IMG/VR virus record: IMGVR_UViG_3300010965_000258
Coordinates: 5,062-69,061 of that record
Source: a virus
Taxonomy: Duplodnaviria > Caudoviricetes
DNA length: 64,000 nt
Direction: 5' to 3' (one strand)
Shown here piece after piece: positions 29,393-40,176 of the stretch. Each line of letters begins with the position of its first letter. The first letter of the stretch is position 1. The notes under the pieces were generated by a model. It did no database searches. It had not been told where the DNA came from and saw only the letters and a program-made list of their open reading frames with translations. A program made the position numbers and the translations under genes.

Positions 29393-29785
29393 TTAGCTAT
29401 AAAACTCTTGAACTTCTTTTGGTGTCGCTAAACGGAAACCCTCCTCTATATTAAAAATTTCTTGAGCATCTTCTTCTGACATTGCAACAAACGGGTGTTC
29501 CTGTGTAAATGTTTTTCCAAGAATATCATATCTCATATTGCTTCTTGTCATTCTTACTAAGACTGAATCTTCTGGTTGTAGGGCTGGGTTAAACTTTGGC
29601 AAAATTTCAATTTCTTCTACTGCATCTAGTATATCTTGTTTTGTTTTTTGATAAATTGACCAGCTGACGCCTTCTTCTGCTAGAGCTGCAACTATATCTT
29701 TTTTATTCTTTAAGCCGTCTGTATCTACTGCAAACTCTTCTGCAATTTCTTTTAATTCGGCTACCTTTAATGTGTCAAATGACAT
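29393..29785 (-). CDS. hypothetical protein with N-terminal HeH/Rho-N-like domain
   Basis: LKVAELKEIAEEFAV helix-extension-helix pattern; own promoter and RBS. Confidence 0.65.
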   Translation of the reverse strand: MSFDTLKVAELKEIAEEFAVDTDGLKNKKDIVAALAEEGVSWSIYQKTKQDILDAVEEIEILPKFNPALQPEDSVLVRMTRSNMRYDILGKTFTQEHPFVAMSEEDAQEIFNIEEGFRLATPKEVQEFYS

Positions 29786-29839
29786 ATTCTATTCTCCTTT
29801 TATCTAGGTAAAACCATTATAGCATTAGAAAATTAAAAT

Positions 29840-29874
29840 GAAAAGCCCCCATAAATTAATATGGGGGACTTTTC
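29840..29874 (-). terminator. intrinsic terminator after major capsid gene
   Basis: AAAAGCCCCCAT / ATGGGGGACTTTT stem with one bulge, T-rich flank. Confidence 0.7.
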
Positions 29875-29894
29875 TAGCTGGTCTATTTCTTAAA

Positions 29895-30944
29895 TTAAGA
29901 AGCAACCTTAACGTTCTTAACAACTACCCAAGCGTCTGCCTGCTCGATCTGGACACCAACACGAGTATACATTGTGTACTCAATTGAGTCCTTACGTGGC
30001 CAGAAGAATCGGTAAACAGTTACATCACGCTTGATACCAATAACTATGTTATTTGGGAATGTCAAGTGGATATCTCCGTGTGAACCTGATGCTGCTGAGT
30101 ATGAGCCTGTCTGTGTTTCAGGAAGAAGTGGAACTTCAACGATTGGAATACCAAATGCGTATGGAGCTACATATCCTGCTGGACCACCTAGAACAGGAAC
30201 ATCGCCACGGATAATGCCAGAAGCAATATCTTGTGGGTTAACGTTCTGAATGTTTTGTGATGTTGAGTACAAGTAATCCTGAATCAAGTTTGATCCTGAT
30301 AGGAAGCGAAGGTCTGTACGACGTTGCTTGTACTTACGTGGTAGTGCCTTAAGAGCACTGTTGAATACTGCACGAGAGATTCCAGCACCAGCTGCGTCTA
30401 CGACGTGGCCATGTGTTTTTGCCTTCTTTACTGCGCCATCAAATGACTTGTAAAGAGCATCTCCTGTTAGTGATGTATCACCGTTAAGAATAACATCTTC
30501 GATGTCATTTCCTGCTTGTGTTGCCATCATACGTGCAATATGATCTTCGAGATCAGCACCTTCAATATTGTCTTCTAGAGACTCTGTTGAAAGTTCCCAA
30601 TCCATGCGAAGCTTCTTTGTTGTCAAAGAAATTTTTGAGAATGTGACTGGTGAGTTAACACCTGTGTTGTCTGCTTCAGTTGCAAGCTTAACAAGCTTCT
30701 CACCGATTGACATACGATCAATTTCTGTTGTGTCTGCTTTCATTCGAACCGTACGTGCAACCTTACCAATTACGGTAGCATCGAACATATAGTCCAAGAA
30801 TCGTGCTGATTGTTCTGGGTTTAGAAGACCACCATTTCCATTTTCTGAAGCTGTGTGTACTCCGTCGCCACCTGTTGAAGAACCGAAACCTGTTGATACT
30901 TGTGTACCAGCTGCTGCGGCCTTTTCTAATAATTCATTACTCAT
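29895..30944 (-). CDS. major capsid protein (HK97 fold)
   Basis: 349 aa; GGLLNPEQSARF, ELSTESLEDNIEG and GIPIVEVPLLP motifs; downstream of the protease. Confidence 0.95.
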   Translation of the reverse strand: MSNELLEKAAAAGTQVSTGFGSSTGGDGVHTASENGNGGLLNPEQSARFLDYMFDATVIGKVARTVRMKADTTEIDRMSIGEKLVKLATEADNTGVNSPVTFSKISLTTKKLRMDWELSTESLEDNIEGADLEDHIARMMATQAGNDIEDVILNGDTSLTGDALYKSFDGAVKKAKTHGHVVDAAGAGISRAVFNSALKALPRKYKQRRTDLRFLSGSNLIQDYLYSTSQNIQNVNPQDIASGIIRGDVPVLGGPAGYVAPYAFGIPIVEVPLLPETQTGSYSAASGSHGDIHLTFPNNIVIGIKRDVTVYRFFWPRKDSIEYTMYTRVGVQIEQADAWVVVKNVKVAS

Positions 30945-30964
30945 TTTTATTTCACCTACCCTAT

Positions 30965-32287
30965 TTAGTTAAAGATTTCATTTACGGAACCGAGGAAAGA
31001 ACCGTTCCATTTTGATTTTGATCTTGCTGATTCCTGTGATCCGCCAAGATCAAAGGACTTCTTTATAGCGGTATCGCCTTCGACGGCATCTACCCGCTTC
31101 TGAACACCATCAATGGTGCCCTTTATTTCAGTTACAGCAGCACTAAGTGCGCTGTGTTTTTCTGCCAACTCAGAAATTCTAGCATCGACATTCTTGCTAA
31201 ACGCCTCGACAGAAGTCTTAATTTCTGTTACTTGCATTGCATTTGCCTCTGTAGCCTTTGTGAGAGTCTCTGCGAAAAAGCCTTTTAGATCGCCTAACAT
31301 TTTTGCAAAATCAGGTTCATCAACCGTGACTTCTGATGTTTCGGCTGCTTTTTCAACGGAGTCGGCAGGAGCTGTTTCTTCTGCTGCTTCTTCAACAACT
31401 GCATCTTCTGCAGGAGCTGCTTCTACAACATCGACAGACTTTTCAATAGTTGTATCTTCTGCTGGAGTTTCTACAACTACATCGTTTTGTACGTCTGACA
31501 TCTCATTACCTCCTTCTACGTTTGCCTGTTTTGCTATTTGTGTTTCAGGCAACGGTAATCTTGACTTCTTAAATGAAGCAAGAATCTTATCTATTTCTTT
31601 TGATTTGTTTATATCTGAACTTTCAACCCAACCAATTAAAGTTGTAGATTTTCCAGTTACTGGTGAATCAAAAGTTTTTTCTGTTGACATAAATACAGAA
31701 TCACTTTCTTCACAATAAAAAATATTTTCTGTTATAACGTCTGCTGCCATGCCTTTGTATATCATTTTGCCGCCAACTTTTTCAATTGATAAAATATTGC
31801 ATAGCTCATTTGCTGGTGAATCTACTATTGATAACTCAACTAAATCATATTCCTTAATAAATCTAACTTGTTGTCCTGTTGACTTATTAACTTCGTTGTC
31901 AGAATCTTTAATTTTTCCGCCGATTGAAAAACCAGAAAGGGTGCCATCCAAAACCTTTTCCCAAGTATCTTGTGCGCCCTTTGAAATGTATGAAGTTACA
32001 TAAACTCCATTATAAAATTCTTTTGACTTTTGGTCATAGTATGTTTCAGGTTTAAACGAAACAACTTTGCCAACTGCAAGAGGTTGATGCATCTCACGAA
32101 GATTGCCTCTAAAATTTTCAAATGCCTTAACGCTTGCTTCGGCAGTTACAACATCTCCTGTTTGATCAACGTTGTCTAACGTAGCAAAACCAGATACGGT
32201 TCTATTCTCTCTGTTGACCTTTGTAAACGGAACAGATAGATGTAGGGTGTCACCGCTGGTAGACCACACGGCCTTTTCAATGTTCAT
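30965..32287 (-). CDS. capsid maturation protease fused to scaffold domain
   Basis: GFATLDNVDQTGDVV, REMH, LSGFSIGG and ELSIVDSPAN HK97-protease motifs; acidic coiled-coil C-terminus. Confidence 0.9.
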   Translation of the reverse strand: MNIEKAVWSTSGDTLHLSVPFTKVNRENRTVSGFATLDNVDQTGDVVTAEASVKAFENFRGNLREMHQPLAVGKVVSFKPETYYDQKSKEFYNGVYVTSYISKGAQDTWEKVLDGTLSGFSIGGKIKDSDNEVNKSTGQQVRFIKEYDLVELSIVDSPANELCNILSIEKVGGKMIYKGMAADVITENIFYCEESDSVFMSTEKTFDSPVTGKSTTLIGWVESSDINKSKEIDKILASFKKSRLPLPETQIAKQANVEGGNEMSDVQNDVVVETPAEDTTIEKSVDVVEAAPAEDAVVEEAAEETAPADSVEKAAETSEVTVDEPDFAKMLGDLKGFFAETLTKATEANAMQVTEIKTSVEAFSKNVDARISELAEKHSALSAAVTEIKGTIDGVQKRVDAVEGDTAIKKSFDLGGSQESARSKSKWNGSFLGSVNEIFN

Positions 32288-32340
32288 ATGCTTAATTTTA
32301 TAGGGTTATTTGCTCTAACGCAAATAGCAGTTGATTAAAC

Positions 32341-33927
32341 TTATTTGACTTTTGGACCATCGCCCTTAGCATTTCTGCCTTCTCCATTTTTATCTGGGGC
32401 ATTGGAGGCTCTTTGCTGGTCTCTGGTTTTATTTCCAGTTGATTTGGCTTGCTGATCTGCGGCCTGCTGAGGCTTTAATTCTACGACTTCATCTCCGCCC
32501 TCTATAGGAATCATATTCTTTCTAATTCTTACTTCATTTGGAGTAATTACTTGCATTCTTAAATAGATTTCGTCTATTTGGCTTTGCGTAATTTCATCTG
32601 TGAGGCTAAGCTCATTAAATTTTAATTCCACAACATCTGTTTTTTCTGCAATCAAATAATTCAATTTCTTTTCTAATCTATCTTGCGCTGGCCTGCATAC
32701 CTGCTCTTTAAATGTTTTATCTGCATCACGAGCAACTGCTAAATTTACACCCTCTGGTGTTCCTATTTTATTAATTGGAACACGATGTGCAAGTAGGATT
32801 TCATCTCTATTAGTTTTACGATACTTCTCAAATGAGCCCTCTTGGCTACCAGCTTCAACTGGCTCCATCTTAAATTCTGTTTTTGAGTCAGGGGTGTCTG
32901 CTGGCAATGGGATATACAAGGATCTATGATTTTTCCCTTTTAATCCAACTTGAAAAAACTCAAGTAATTTTCTTTCTGACTCTGTTGATAACTTGGCTCC
33001 CTTTACTGTAATAATATATCTGGGGACCGCTTTATTTTCAAAATAATCTAAGTTGTATCTACCAGCAAATTCGTTTCCTGCTAAAGCTTGCTGAGCAGCA
33101 ATAATATCTGGTACACCATAGTAGTTATTCATAGGAGTATATTTCTTTAAATGAATAATTTCATTTGGTCGGTCCTCTTGACCTGCTATCGGATTAGGAG
33201 TTTCAGTGTCACCAAAATTTCTAAAAAATACAGCCTTACCATAAAGCAATTGAATAAATCCATCACGAAGTCTGCGTACACGCATTGTTTTTGCTGGTAT
33301 GTGGCCGATGTAGCCTATATCTCCAGCTGTTGTGCGTCCAACCTCAATGTATCCGTTTCCAGTTGCCTCAAGGTCTGTGTAGGCCTTTATGAGGGTCTCT
33401 GTAAAAGTTTCCTCTTGGTTACAGTCATCAAGCCATGAATCAAGATTTGTTTTAATTCTATTTATTTTAGCTCTTGCTCTTTCAAGCTGCTTTTGATCTG
33501 TTATCTGGTCCATAGAATCTTTTGCTCTAGGAGTTTCTGTAAATGTATAACCTAGACCAACAATATTAGAAACCTTAGCATTAATTGCTGCATAGTTATA
33601 TGTTGATACTTCATAAATTTGAGATAAATACTCTTGATTATAGACTGGTTGAACTAGGTCAAATAGGGCATATCCACTAATTGCTTGTTGTAATAAATTT
33701 TGCTGGGTCTGTGCTCCGTTAACACCTACAAAAGATTTTGTAAAATCTCTATTTATTTTTCTTTTAAATGATTGCCCTAAACCTCTAATTTTTTTAAGCT
33801 CGTCTAAACCTATATTAAATGGGTCTATCTGGTCTTTTTCTTTTTTAAAAGAAAACCAGTCTGACGTATTTGATATGTCTATTGTTGTTGAATCTCCAGA
33901 CTCATCTTCTATGAACTGTGCTGTCAT
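32341..33927 (-). CDS. portal protein (HK97/PBSX type)
   Basis: 528 aa; DLEATGNGY, HIPAKTMRV, YYGVPD, ILLAHRVP and ITPNEVRIR motifs. Confidence 0.93.
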   Translation of the reverse strand: MTAQFIEDESGDSTTIDISNTSDWFSFKKEKDQIDPFNIGLDELKKIRGLGQSFKRKINRDFTKSFVGVNGAQTQQNLLQQAISGYALFDLVQPVYNQEYLSQIYEVSTYNYAAINAKVSNIVGLGYTFTETPRAKDSMDQITDQKQLERARAKINRIKTNLDSWLDDCNQEETFTETLIKAYTDLEATGNGYIEVGRTTAGDIGYIGHIPAKTMRVRRLRDGFIQLLYGKAVFFRNFGDTETPNPIAGQEDRPNEIIHLKKYTPMNNYYGVPDIIAAQQALAGNEFAGRYNLDYFENKAVPRYIITVKGAKLSTESERKLLEFFQVGLKGKNHRSLYIPLPADTPDSKTEFKMEPVEAGSQEGSFEKYRKTNRDEILLAHRVPINKIGTPEGVNLAVARDADKTFKEQVCRPAQDRLEKKLNYLIAEKTDVVELKFNELSLTDEITQSQIDEIYLRMQVITPNEVRIRKNMIPIEGGDEVVELKPQQAADQQAKSTGNKTRDQQRASNAPDKNGEGRNAKGDGPKVK

Positions 33928-34262
33928 TTGACTTTCCCGCCTCTCAAAGCTCCATCTTTATAGTTTCCAATATCAAGTTGGTCGGGTATCAATCCCCACT
34001 TTAATCTTTCATTTTGATGTTCAAATTCTTCATCATCAATTTTTCTTCTACCAGATAAAAATTTAGGTGAGCCCTCGTAAATACCATAAGACCTAACTTC
34101 TCTTGCCAAGGCGTCCATTCTTGATCTATTGCCTTTCATCGAGGCTACAGACAAAAAGTTTCCGTCGTCGTCACCAATCCATCTGCCGTCTGGCATTTCC
34201 CAAACATATATGCCTAGTCTGGTTTCTTCAATGATTTGCGACTTCTGATTTAATATTTCCAT
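33924..34262 (-). CDS. conserved-type hypothetical protein upstream of portal
   Basis: Likely leaderless start at MEILNQ (TGGTAGAAT 8 nt upstream); GIYVWEMPDG motif. Confidence 0.7.
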   Translation of the reverse strand: MEILNQKSQIIEETRLGIYVWEMPDGRWIGDDDGNFLSVASMKGNRSRMDALAREVRSYGIYEGSPKFLSGRRKIDDEEFEHQNERLKWGLIPDQLDIGNYKDGALRGGKVK

Positions 34263-34346
34263 AGATCTCAATTCTACCATTCTTTGATATTAAAGTCCAG
34301 GAAAATGTCCAGACTTGTGACAAAAAAAAGAGTTTTTGTCTAAAAC

Positions 34347-36083
34347 TTATCTACTTTGTATTATTTCCCAGGTATTATTGAACACCTTCGTGCCAGATTC
34401 TGAAATGGACAATATCTCTGGGTCTGCCAAGTTGGATGGGAAAGAGGTATATAGATTGTAATGAGTTGATACATAAGCCTGAGTAAGAGTGTATTCGTAT
34501 AAAGCTATATTAGAATATAGGGCTTCTGGACCAGCTCCAATGCTGATATCTCCCGATATTGCAGATGTAAAATTTACTACTACATAATGAAGTTGATTTA
34601 AATTAGAAAAGAGCGCCGAAGCCGTATTTATTGAGGATCTATCTATTCCGTTTACATATATGGAGTCAATATTATTTTTTGATATTGTTCCACCCGCATT
34701 CCAAGATAGGCTAGCAGAGTCATTAGATATCAGCTGGTTTGCGCCATTTGAAGTTGGTGTATAAAAAAATTCTACTGATTTTATTGATTTAGAGTTTTCT
34801 ACTTTAAATCCATTTGATGACTGAGTTCTTAACCCATTGTAGTAGTTGTGAGAAAGAATATTATGTACTTCGGTGCCCACGCTATATACTTCATTTATTT
34901 TAGAAATCTTGTCCCCAAAATTATAAGATGGTAATGAGCTTCCATTATAAATAGATAAATTAAAATATTCTAATTTAGGCAAGAATTTTGATGTGTCAAA
35001 ACTGCTAAATACTATTTTAATATACAAGACCCCACTTAGATCCAATGAGGTTGAATTATATTGAGGTATTTCTTTTCCGTTTGTACATTGAGACCAGCTG
35101 ATATTATCTAGACTCGTATAAACTAGGATACCGTTTTCGCCAGACCATTCAACTTTAGAAATAACTGGCATTTGATTTAAATGTGTTAATGGGATAACTG
35201 TATAATCATATATCTCTATGTCTTTGGACTGCCCAATTGATTCTTGTGCCATCTGTAAGGATTTTTCAACTTGATTATACTGCAAACTAGAATTTATAAA
35301 ATCATATAGATTTTTGTTTTTAGGGTATCCGTATTCAAATACTTCTTTTAGATCATTCATATCTGGCATAAATAATGTTCCGCCATCTGGGCTAACTATC
35401 TGTATAGGCGATATTGTCTTTAATAAATTAAAATGATTTAGTATGCTTTCTTGAGAAAGTGCGTATCTGTAAACTGCTGGAGCGTCTATTAAAAATGAAT
35501 CCGAAGAGTTGAGAGTTGGACCAGAAGAAAATGATATAGATGTATTTGTAAATACAAAATTGTCTAGTATTTTTGATGCAAGTAAGGTCCCGTCAACATA
35601 AATACATATAACCTGCTGCGAATAAGTTACTACTAAATGCATTGATTTTTTTATATTTTTAGGTGTGCAGTAAAGCTTTGTATTTTGTAAAGAAAATAGG
35701 ATTGAACCATTTTCCCAATATATACCTATTTTATTGGTATTGTCCGCAAATATTGGTGTTGCACTTGAAGTTGATATATATGACTTAAATAAAAGTTCTA
35801 TTGAAAAATCATTATCTGAATAATATTTTGTAGCAAGCCCGCCTTTTTCAGTAGACCCTATATAATTTTTTGTTATAGGAAGTGTTAAATAGTTTACAGT
35901 ATTAATAAGGGTTGAATATAGGCCACCAGGACACATAGGCAAAATTTTAGAAAATATATTATTTGCTGGGTAGGATCCGTTATTACCACACCCTGAGCTA
36001 TCGTAAGCAATGGTGCCAGAAGTTTCATCCAATGGCCAATAGCCAATTGGATTATCATTCATGACATTCATAGAGTAAGACAT
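34347..36083 (-). CDS. LamG/concanavalin-A-like lectin domain virion protein
   Basis: DNPIGYWPLDE...AYDSSG N-terminus and HLVVTY...IYVDG LamG motifs; a second degenerate LamG at the C-terminus. Confidence 0.8.
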   Translation of the reverse strand: MSYSMNVMNDNPIGYWPLDETSGTIAYDSSGCGNNGSYPANNIFSKILPMCPGGLYSTLINTVNYLTLPITKNYIGSTEKGGLATKYYSDNDFSIELLFKSYISTSSATPIFADNTNKIGIYWENGSILFSLQNTKLYCTPKNIKKSMHLVVTYSQQVICIYVDGTLLASKILDNFVFTNTSISFSSGPTLNSSDSFLIDAPAVYRYALSQESILNHFNLLKTISPIQIVSPDGGTLFMPDMNDLKEVFEYGYPKNKNLYDFINSSLQYNQVEKSLQMAQESIGQSKDIEIYDYTVIPLTHLNQMPVISKVEWSGENGILVYTSLDNISWSQCTNGKEIPQYNSTSLDLSGVLYIKIVFSSFDTSKFLPKLEYFNLSIYNGSSLPSYNFGDKISKINEVYSVGTEVHNILSHNYYNGLRTQSSNGFKVENSKSIKSVEFFYTPTSNGANQLISNDSASLSWNAGGTISKNNIDSIYVNGIDRSSINTASALFSNLNQLHYVVVNFTSAISGDISIGAGPEALYSNIALYEYTLTQAYVSTHYNLYTSFPSNLADPEILSISESGTKVFNNTWEIIQSR

Positions 36084-36100
36084 ATTTTTATTATACCCTA

Positions 36101-36736
36101 TTAAAGATCTTCAACTAAATATACAAAGCTGCACATGTATTTATGACCAGATTTTATTGCTTTTACTGTGTGTTCGTATGGGGTATGTGAAGGGAACATG
36201 AGAATGCTACCAGCCTCTGGTTTTAAAGAAATTCCAAAGTTATCAAATACAACCTCTCCGCCCTCATACTCATCGTTTAAATAAATTATTGCCGAAGCTG
36301 ATTTATTAAAATCACTGTCTGAGTCCACATGGGTGCCCATTCCTCCGTGCTGATTATACTTAGAGATTGTAAGTGGGGAAAATCTAAATGTATGTTTTAA
36401 ATTATTTTCTTTACAATAATACTTAGTAGCATCTTCTAAAGCATTTTCAATTATTTTAACAACCTCTAAACACTTCTCATCTTCTTCATTTTGAACCTTA
36501 TCCCATTTTTTATTTTTTGTTTTTTGAGATCCAATGCTTTTGGGATCTGTTTTATATGAAGTTTTATCTTCAGCATCTTCATTTAAATATGTTCCTCCCC
36601 ATCCATGCCATGGAGAAATAATAGTATTTGAATTTAATGAAGAGTTTGTGCTTTCAATAGTTTTTATAATTTCTTTAGGATTTTCTATAAGATTTTTAAT
36701 ATAGTAAATGTTGTTTGGCATCTTGATTATATCCAT
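36101..36736 (-). CDS. 2OG-Fe(II) oxygenase, prolyl-4-hydroxylase-like
   Basis: HVD...YLNDEYEGGE...H(TVKAIKSG)-x-K-Y. Confidence 0.9.
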   Translation of the reverse strand: MDIIKMPNNIYYIKNLIENPKEIIKTIESTNSSLNSNTIISPWHGWGGTYLNEDAEDKTSYKTDPKSIGSQKTKNKKWDKVQNEEDEKCLEVVKIIENALEDATKYYCKENNLKHTFRFSPLTISKYNQHGGMGTHVDSDSDFNKSASAIIYLNDEYEGGEVVFDNFGISLKPEAGSILMFPSHTPYEHTVKAIKSGHKYMCSFVYLVEDL

Positions 36737-37347
36737 GACAACTCCTTGTCTTTAAAATAAAATGCTAGGCTCATATATTTATTACCAGATAAAAGAACAT
36801 GAGATTCGTGATAATATGGTGCTGTCGATGGGAATATAATTAGACTACCTGCCTCTGGTTTTATTTTGATATCGTGATTTGGAAAACCAATTTCCCCACC
36901 CTCATAGTCATCGTTTAAATAAAAAACAATAGATATAGTAGACTGTGGCTTATTAGGATCTTCTTGATAATCTATGTGTGCCCCCATTGATTGTTTTTGG
37001 TTATATTTTTTTATATTAAACTCTGGTGACCTTCCTCCAGGCTCAATATTTAATAATTTAGAGTAGTGGTCTACGCAAGAATCGATTGAATTTTTTAAAA
37101 CATTTACTATAGAAGAACATCTTATATCAATATCTGTCTCGTTTAAAAAATTGTGCTCTATGCCATTTTTCCAAACTCCGTAAGGAGATGGATTTTCATC
37201 GCTTGAGTACCAAGTTTTCCATTTTGATATTTGTGAATTTTCTTGCAATAGGCTGTCAAGGTTTTCAATTTCTTGAATAAATGCAACGGGATTTTCTATT
37301 AAATTTTTGTACAAGATAATTCTTTTTTCAAGTACTTCGTGATTCAT
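36727..37347 (-). CDS. 2OG-Fe(II) oxygenase, prolyl-4-hydroxylase-like
   Basis: HID...YLNDDYEGGE...YHESHVLLSGNKY. Confidence 0.9.
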   Translation of the reverse strand: MNHEVLEKRIILYKNLIENPVAFIQEIENLDSLLQENSQISKWKTWYSSDENPSPYGVWKNGIEHNFLNETDIDIRCSSIVNVLKNSIDSCVDHYSKLLNIEPGGRSPEFNIKKYNQKQSMGAHIDYQEDPNKPQSTISIVFYLNDDYEGGEIGFPNHDIKIKPEAGSLIIFPSTAPYYHESHVLLSGNKYMSLAFYFKDKELSWI

Positions 37348-38060
37348 TATAGATCTTCTTTGCTTTTATATATAGGAATATTTCCTATTTCTTTTCCTTT
37401 ATCCCAAGCCTTATACATGTCATCTTGAAGTGCTCTAATCTCTGCAAGTTCTTTAGCCCAAGCTTCTTTTTGTTCCTCGCTGTAGACTGCATCTGCTCGA
37501 TCCCAGAATGATCCTATTGTATATCTTGTTCCGCTGTTTACTGTTGCAACTTCGTGTTCCATTCCAAATCCACCTGCAAAGACCGCAAGCATTCCAACCT
37601 TTGGTTCTATTGAAAGATCAAAATGCTTAAAGTTTAATTTACCACCAGTAAAATCTTCATTTAAATAAAGAAAAGCGGCATATCTACTTCTTTCAAATGG
37701 CGTTGGGTTTCCTTCTTCATCACAATTATCTGAGTGGAAGCTAGCAAAGGCTCCTTCTATCCATTTTTGTGCATGGTAGCTTATTTCAGAGACTTTAAAT
37801 CCTAGGCACTCTTCAACCTTTTCTCTAATTCTTACATTTAAATTTTTAAAATAATCTGCTGGTAATCCAAATGCTAATAGATTAATGTCTGTATCCCAGA
37901 ACCCCATAGCGTAAGATTCGTAAAAAGAAATCTGGTTCCATTTTAAATTTCCAGAATCTGCTAGAAACTCTAAATAAGCTATTACTTTTTTACACTCTTC
38001 TTCAGTCATAAATTCTAAGACAGAAAATGCATCATATCTATGTTTTTTAATTTTGCTCAT
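37347..38060 (-). CDS. 2OG-Fe(II) oxygenase, prolyl-4-hydroxylase-like
   Basis: HSD...YLNEDFTGG...EHEVATVNSGTRY. Confidence 0.9.
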   Translation of the reverse strand: MSKIKKHRYDAFSVLEFMTEEECKKVIAYLEFLADSGNLKWNQISFYESYAMGFWDTDINLLAFGLPADYFKNLNVRIREKVEECLGFKVSEISYHAQKWIEGAFASFHSDNCDEEGNPTPFERSRYAAFLYLNEDFTGGKLNFKHFDLSIEPKVGMLAVFAGGFGMEHEVATVNSGTRYTIGSFWDRADAVYSEEQKEAWAKELAEIRALQDDMYKAWDKGKEIGNIPIYKSKEDL

Positions 38061-38736
38061 CGTCTGTTCCTAGCTTTGTGATTGTCCAAAAGAATGGGCA
38101 TGTATATCTTGTTCCTTCTGTTACTTTATTTACCCCATGAATATAGTTTAGATCTCCTGGGAAAAAGTAAGCCCCTCTTGCTTTTGTTTTAAATGTTATA
38201 TTTTGTTTTGGAAAGAATAACTCCCCGCCAATATAGTCATCATTTAAGTAGAATACTGTTCCGATGTCATACCAAGGAAATTCATTTTCTGTACCAGCGT
38301 CTGGGCCCTCGTGAAGCTCTTTGTCTGCGTGTGGGAACTGCATCGTTCCAACTGGCCATCTAACTATCGCTGGTGAGGTAGGCCAAACTTCAACCTTAAA
38401 GAACTCTTCAATTACTGGCTTCATTCTTGCAATAACAAGATTTAAGATCTCTATAACTTTAGGGTCAGATTTTTCTAAAGTTTTTACAGTTGCTACTCTA
38501 TTTTCCCAAACTCTATGGTCATAGATAATGTTTCCATTTTCATTCCATTGAGATTCGGTTATATCCCAAAACTTATTATTCTTTGCAAAATTTAAAAGAT
38601 AATCCTGTTCTTCAAGTGTTATAAAGTCTTCAAGCTCTACTATATTTTCTGACTGCGCTCCGAAGTATCCAGAAGGGGTAATTGATTTTCTTGAAAACCT
38701 AACTCTTTCTGAGACGTCTTGATTCATATTTTGCAT
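38047..38736 (-). CDS. 2OG-Fe(II) oxygenase, prolyl-4-hydroxylase-like
   Basis: HAD...YLNDDYIGGE...IHGVNKVTEGTRY; start moved to MQNMNQ (AGGAG RBS). Confidence 0.9.
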   Translation of the reverse strand: MQNMNQDVSERVRFSRKSITPSGYFGAQSENIVELEDFITLEEQDYLLNFAKNNKFWDITESQWNENGNIIYDHRVWENRVATVKTLEKSDPKVIEILNLVIARMKPVIEEFFKVEVWPTSPAIVRWPVGTMQFPHADKELHEGPDAGTENEFPWYDIGTVFYLNDDYIGGELFFPKQNITFKTKARGAYFFPGDLNYIHGVNKVTEGTRYTCPFFWTITKLGTDDEQN

Positions 38737-38744
38737 TGTAGCTC

Positions 38745-39470
38745 CTATTCGTATTTCTTTCTTGACCATGTGTTCTTTTTGTAAGAACCACCATCTTTTG
38801 TTCTATAAAGTTCTGCCTGAGCATTGTGTCTTTTTATAATGTCACCATACTCGTAAAATTTAAAATCCATTTGCCAGTCTTCTCTTTTAAATGGAAGTAT
38901 CTGTAAATAGGGTGTGCCCGCTGGTAATACGCCCTCAAATCCATTCCTTAAGAAAAATGGAACAAGTCCTGGTGTATCCATCTTGTCATTATCTATTATA
39001 CCAGCAGTAGTTATAAATGGTAATTCAAATCTGTTTAACGGACTGACATACAATGCGCTGTACCCTTGAGGCAGCTGTGGGGCCCAGTTAGGATACCAAT
39101 GAAAATGAGAGCTACCATATCCCTCTGGTACCTGAAAATTTGGCATTGCGGGTCTTGATCCACAAAAATCTTCAAAGCCTAATTCTGTTTTAACGTCCAT
39201 TGTTCCATCTGCTTTTTTAAAAAATGTTAAATCGCATGGAGTTACATACAGATATCCTGATGTGAATAAATCTAGCATCGCTGGGCAAGCTTTAAATGAT
39301 AATAGCTTTCCTCCCTCATTATTTAAATAATACTCCCCAGTAGCCATATTTTTTTCATATCGATCTGCATTTGAATACCATTTTGGTACATAAGATTTAG
39401 CAACTACTGGTCTAAACTTTTCTGCAGTTTTATTGTATAGCCTATTGGCGTGGAATATTATTTTATTCAT
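38745..39470 (-). CDS. DUF6065-related hypothetical protein
   Basis: PKWY...KACPAMLDLFTSGY...GTPYLQILPFKRE; beta-rich family recognised from freshwater and marine phages. Confidence 0.65.
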   Translation of the reverse strand: MNKIIFHANRLYNKTAEKFRPVVAKSYVPKWYSNADRYEKNMATGEYYLNNEGGKLLSFKACPAMLDLFTSGYLYVTPCDLTFFKKADGTMDVKTELGFEDFCGSRPAMPNFQVPEGYGSSHFHWYPNWAPQLPQGYSALYVSPLNRFELPFITTAGIIDNDKMDTPGLVPFFLRNGFEGVLPAGTPYLQILPFKREDWQMDFKFYEYGDIIKRHNAQAELYRTKDGGSYKKNTWSRKKYE

Positions 39471-40176
39471 TTTTGTCTCCTATTTGTTTTGTCCTAAGTC
39501 TAATTGATTTAACTTCATGTTCCCCAATTTTTTTCCCAAAAGGATCAACACCATCTCTATAAAAATTTGTCCATCCGCCCTCATCAACTGTTTCTTTTAC
39601 AATTTGTAAATGGTCTTGCTCTGTGTAGTCTACAACCTTTAATATTTCTGGGCCAGAGAACTGCATTTTTGAATTCTGAAGTTCTGACAAGGATATTGGT
39701 AGCAATGATATAAATGGCTGGTTTGCTTTTATTGTTATTATTTTATTTGGTACGGTAACTCTCCATGCACAAGGCAAATCCCCGCTAAAAAATGAGGTAC
39801 TAATAATTGTTGTAAATGCCTGTGCTCCTTCCCAAAACATGTTTGGTACTGGCATTTGTAGCAGACTAGTGGATGAATCTGTTTTAAATATTAGGCCTGT
39901 TTTAAAACTTATGGTTGCATTTGCTCTTTCTGTAAAGCAATACTTTTCTCCCTCAAGTATTCTTACGTGCGAGCCAGATGTGTCAGAGATTCCGTCCCAT
40001 ACAAAAGATATGTCTTCTGGGAAAGACAGGCCCCAGCCTAAAGAATTTGTTAATGTTACTGGAAAACACCTGTATGCATGTGCATCCACTGTTTCATCCA
40101 TCCATGATCTTTTAACTGGAAGCTGGGATAAATTGGCTGCATTTTCACTGCTTTTATAAACTTTAATTTCTTTCAT
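39463..40176 (-). CDS. DUF6065-like protein
   Basis: KRSWMD...HAYRCFPVTLTNSLGW signature. Confidence 0.75.
   Translation of the reverse strand: MKEIKVYKSSENAANLSQLPVKRSWMDETVDAHAYRCFPVTLTNSLGWGLSFPEDISFVWDGISDTSGSHVRILEGEKYCFTERANATISFKTGLIFKTDSSTSLLQMPVPNMFWEGAQAFTTIISTSFFSGDLPCAWRVTVPNKIITIKANQPFISLLPISLSELQNSKMQFSGPEILKVVDYTEQDHLQIVKETVDEGGWTNFYRDGVDPFGKKIGEHEVKSIRLRTKQIGDKNE

Noticed and set aside
3824-31718. Numerous 60-200 aa plus-strand and alternate-frame ORFs within structural genes
   Set aside because: They are antisense or out-of-frame shadows of long minus-strand genes, with no RBS and no motifs.
32341-36083. Terminase expected upstream of the portal
   Set aside because: Neither upstream ORF has Walker A/B or RNase H motifs, so the terminase must lie outside this window.
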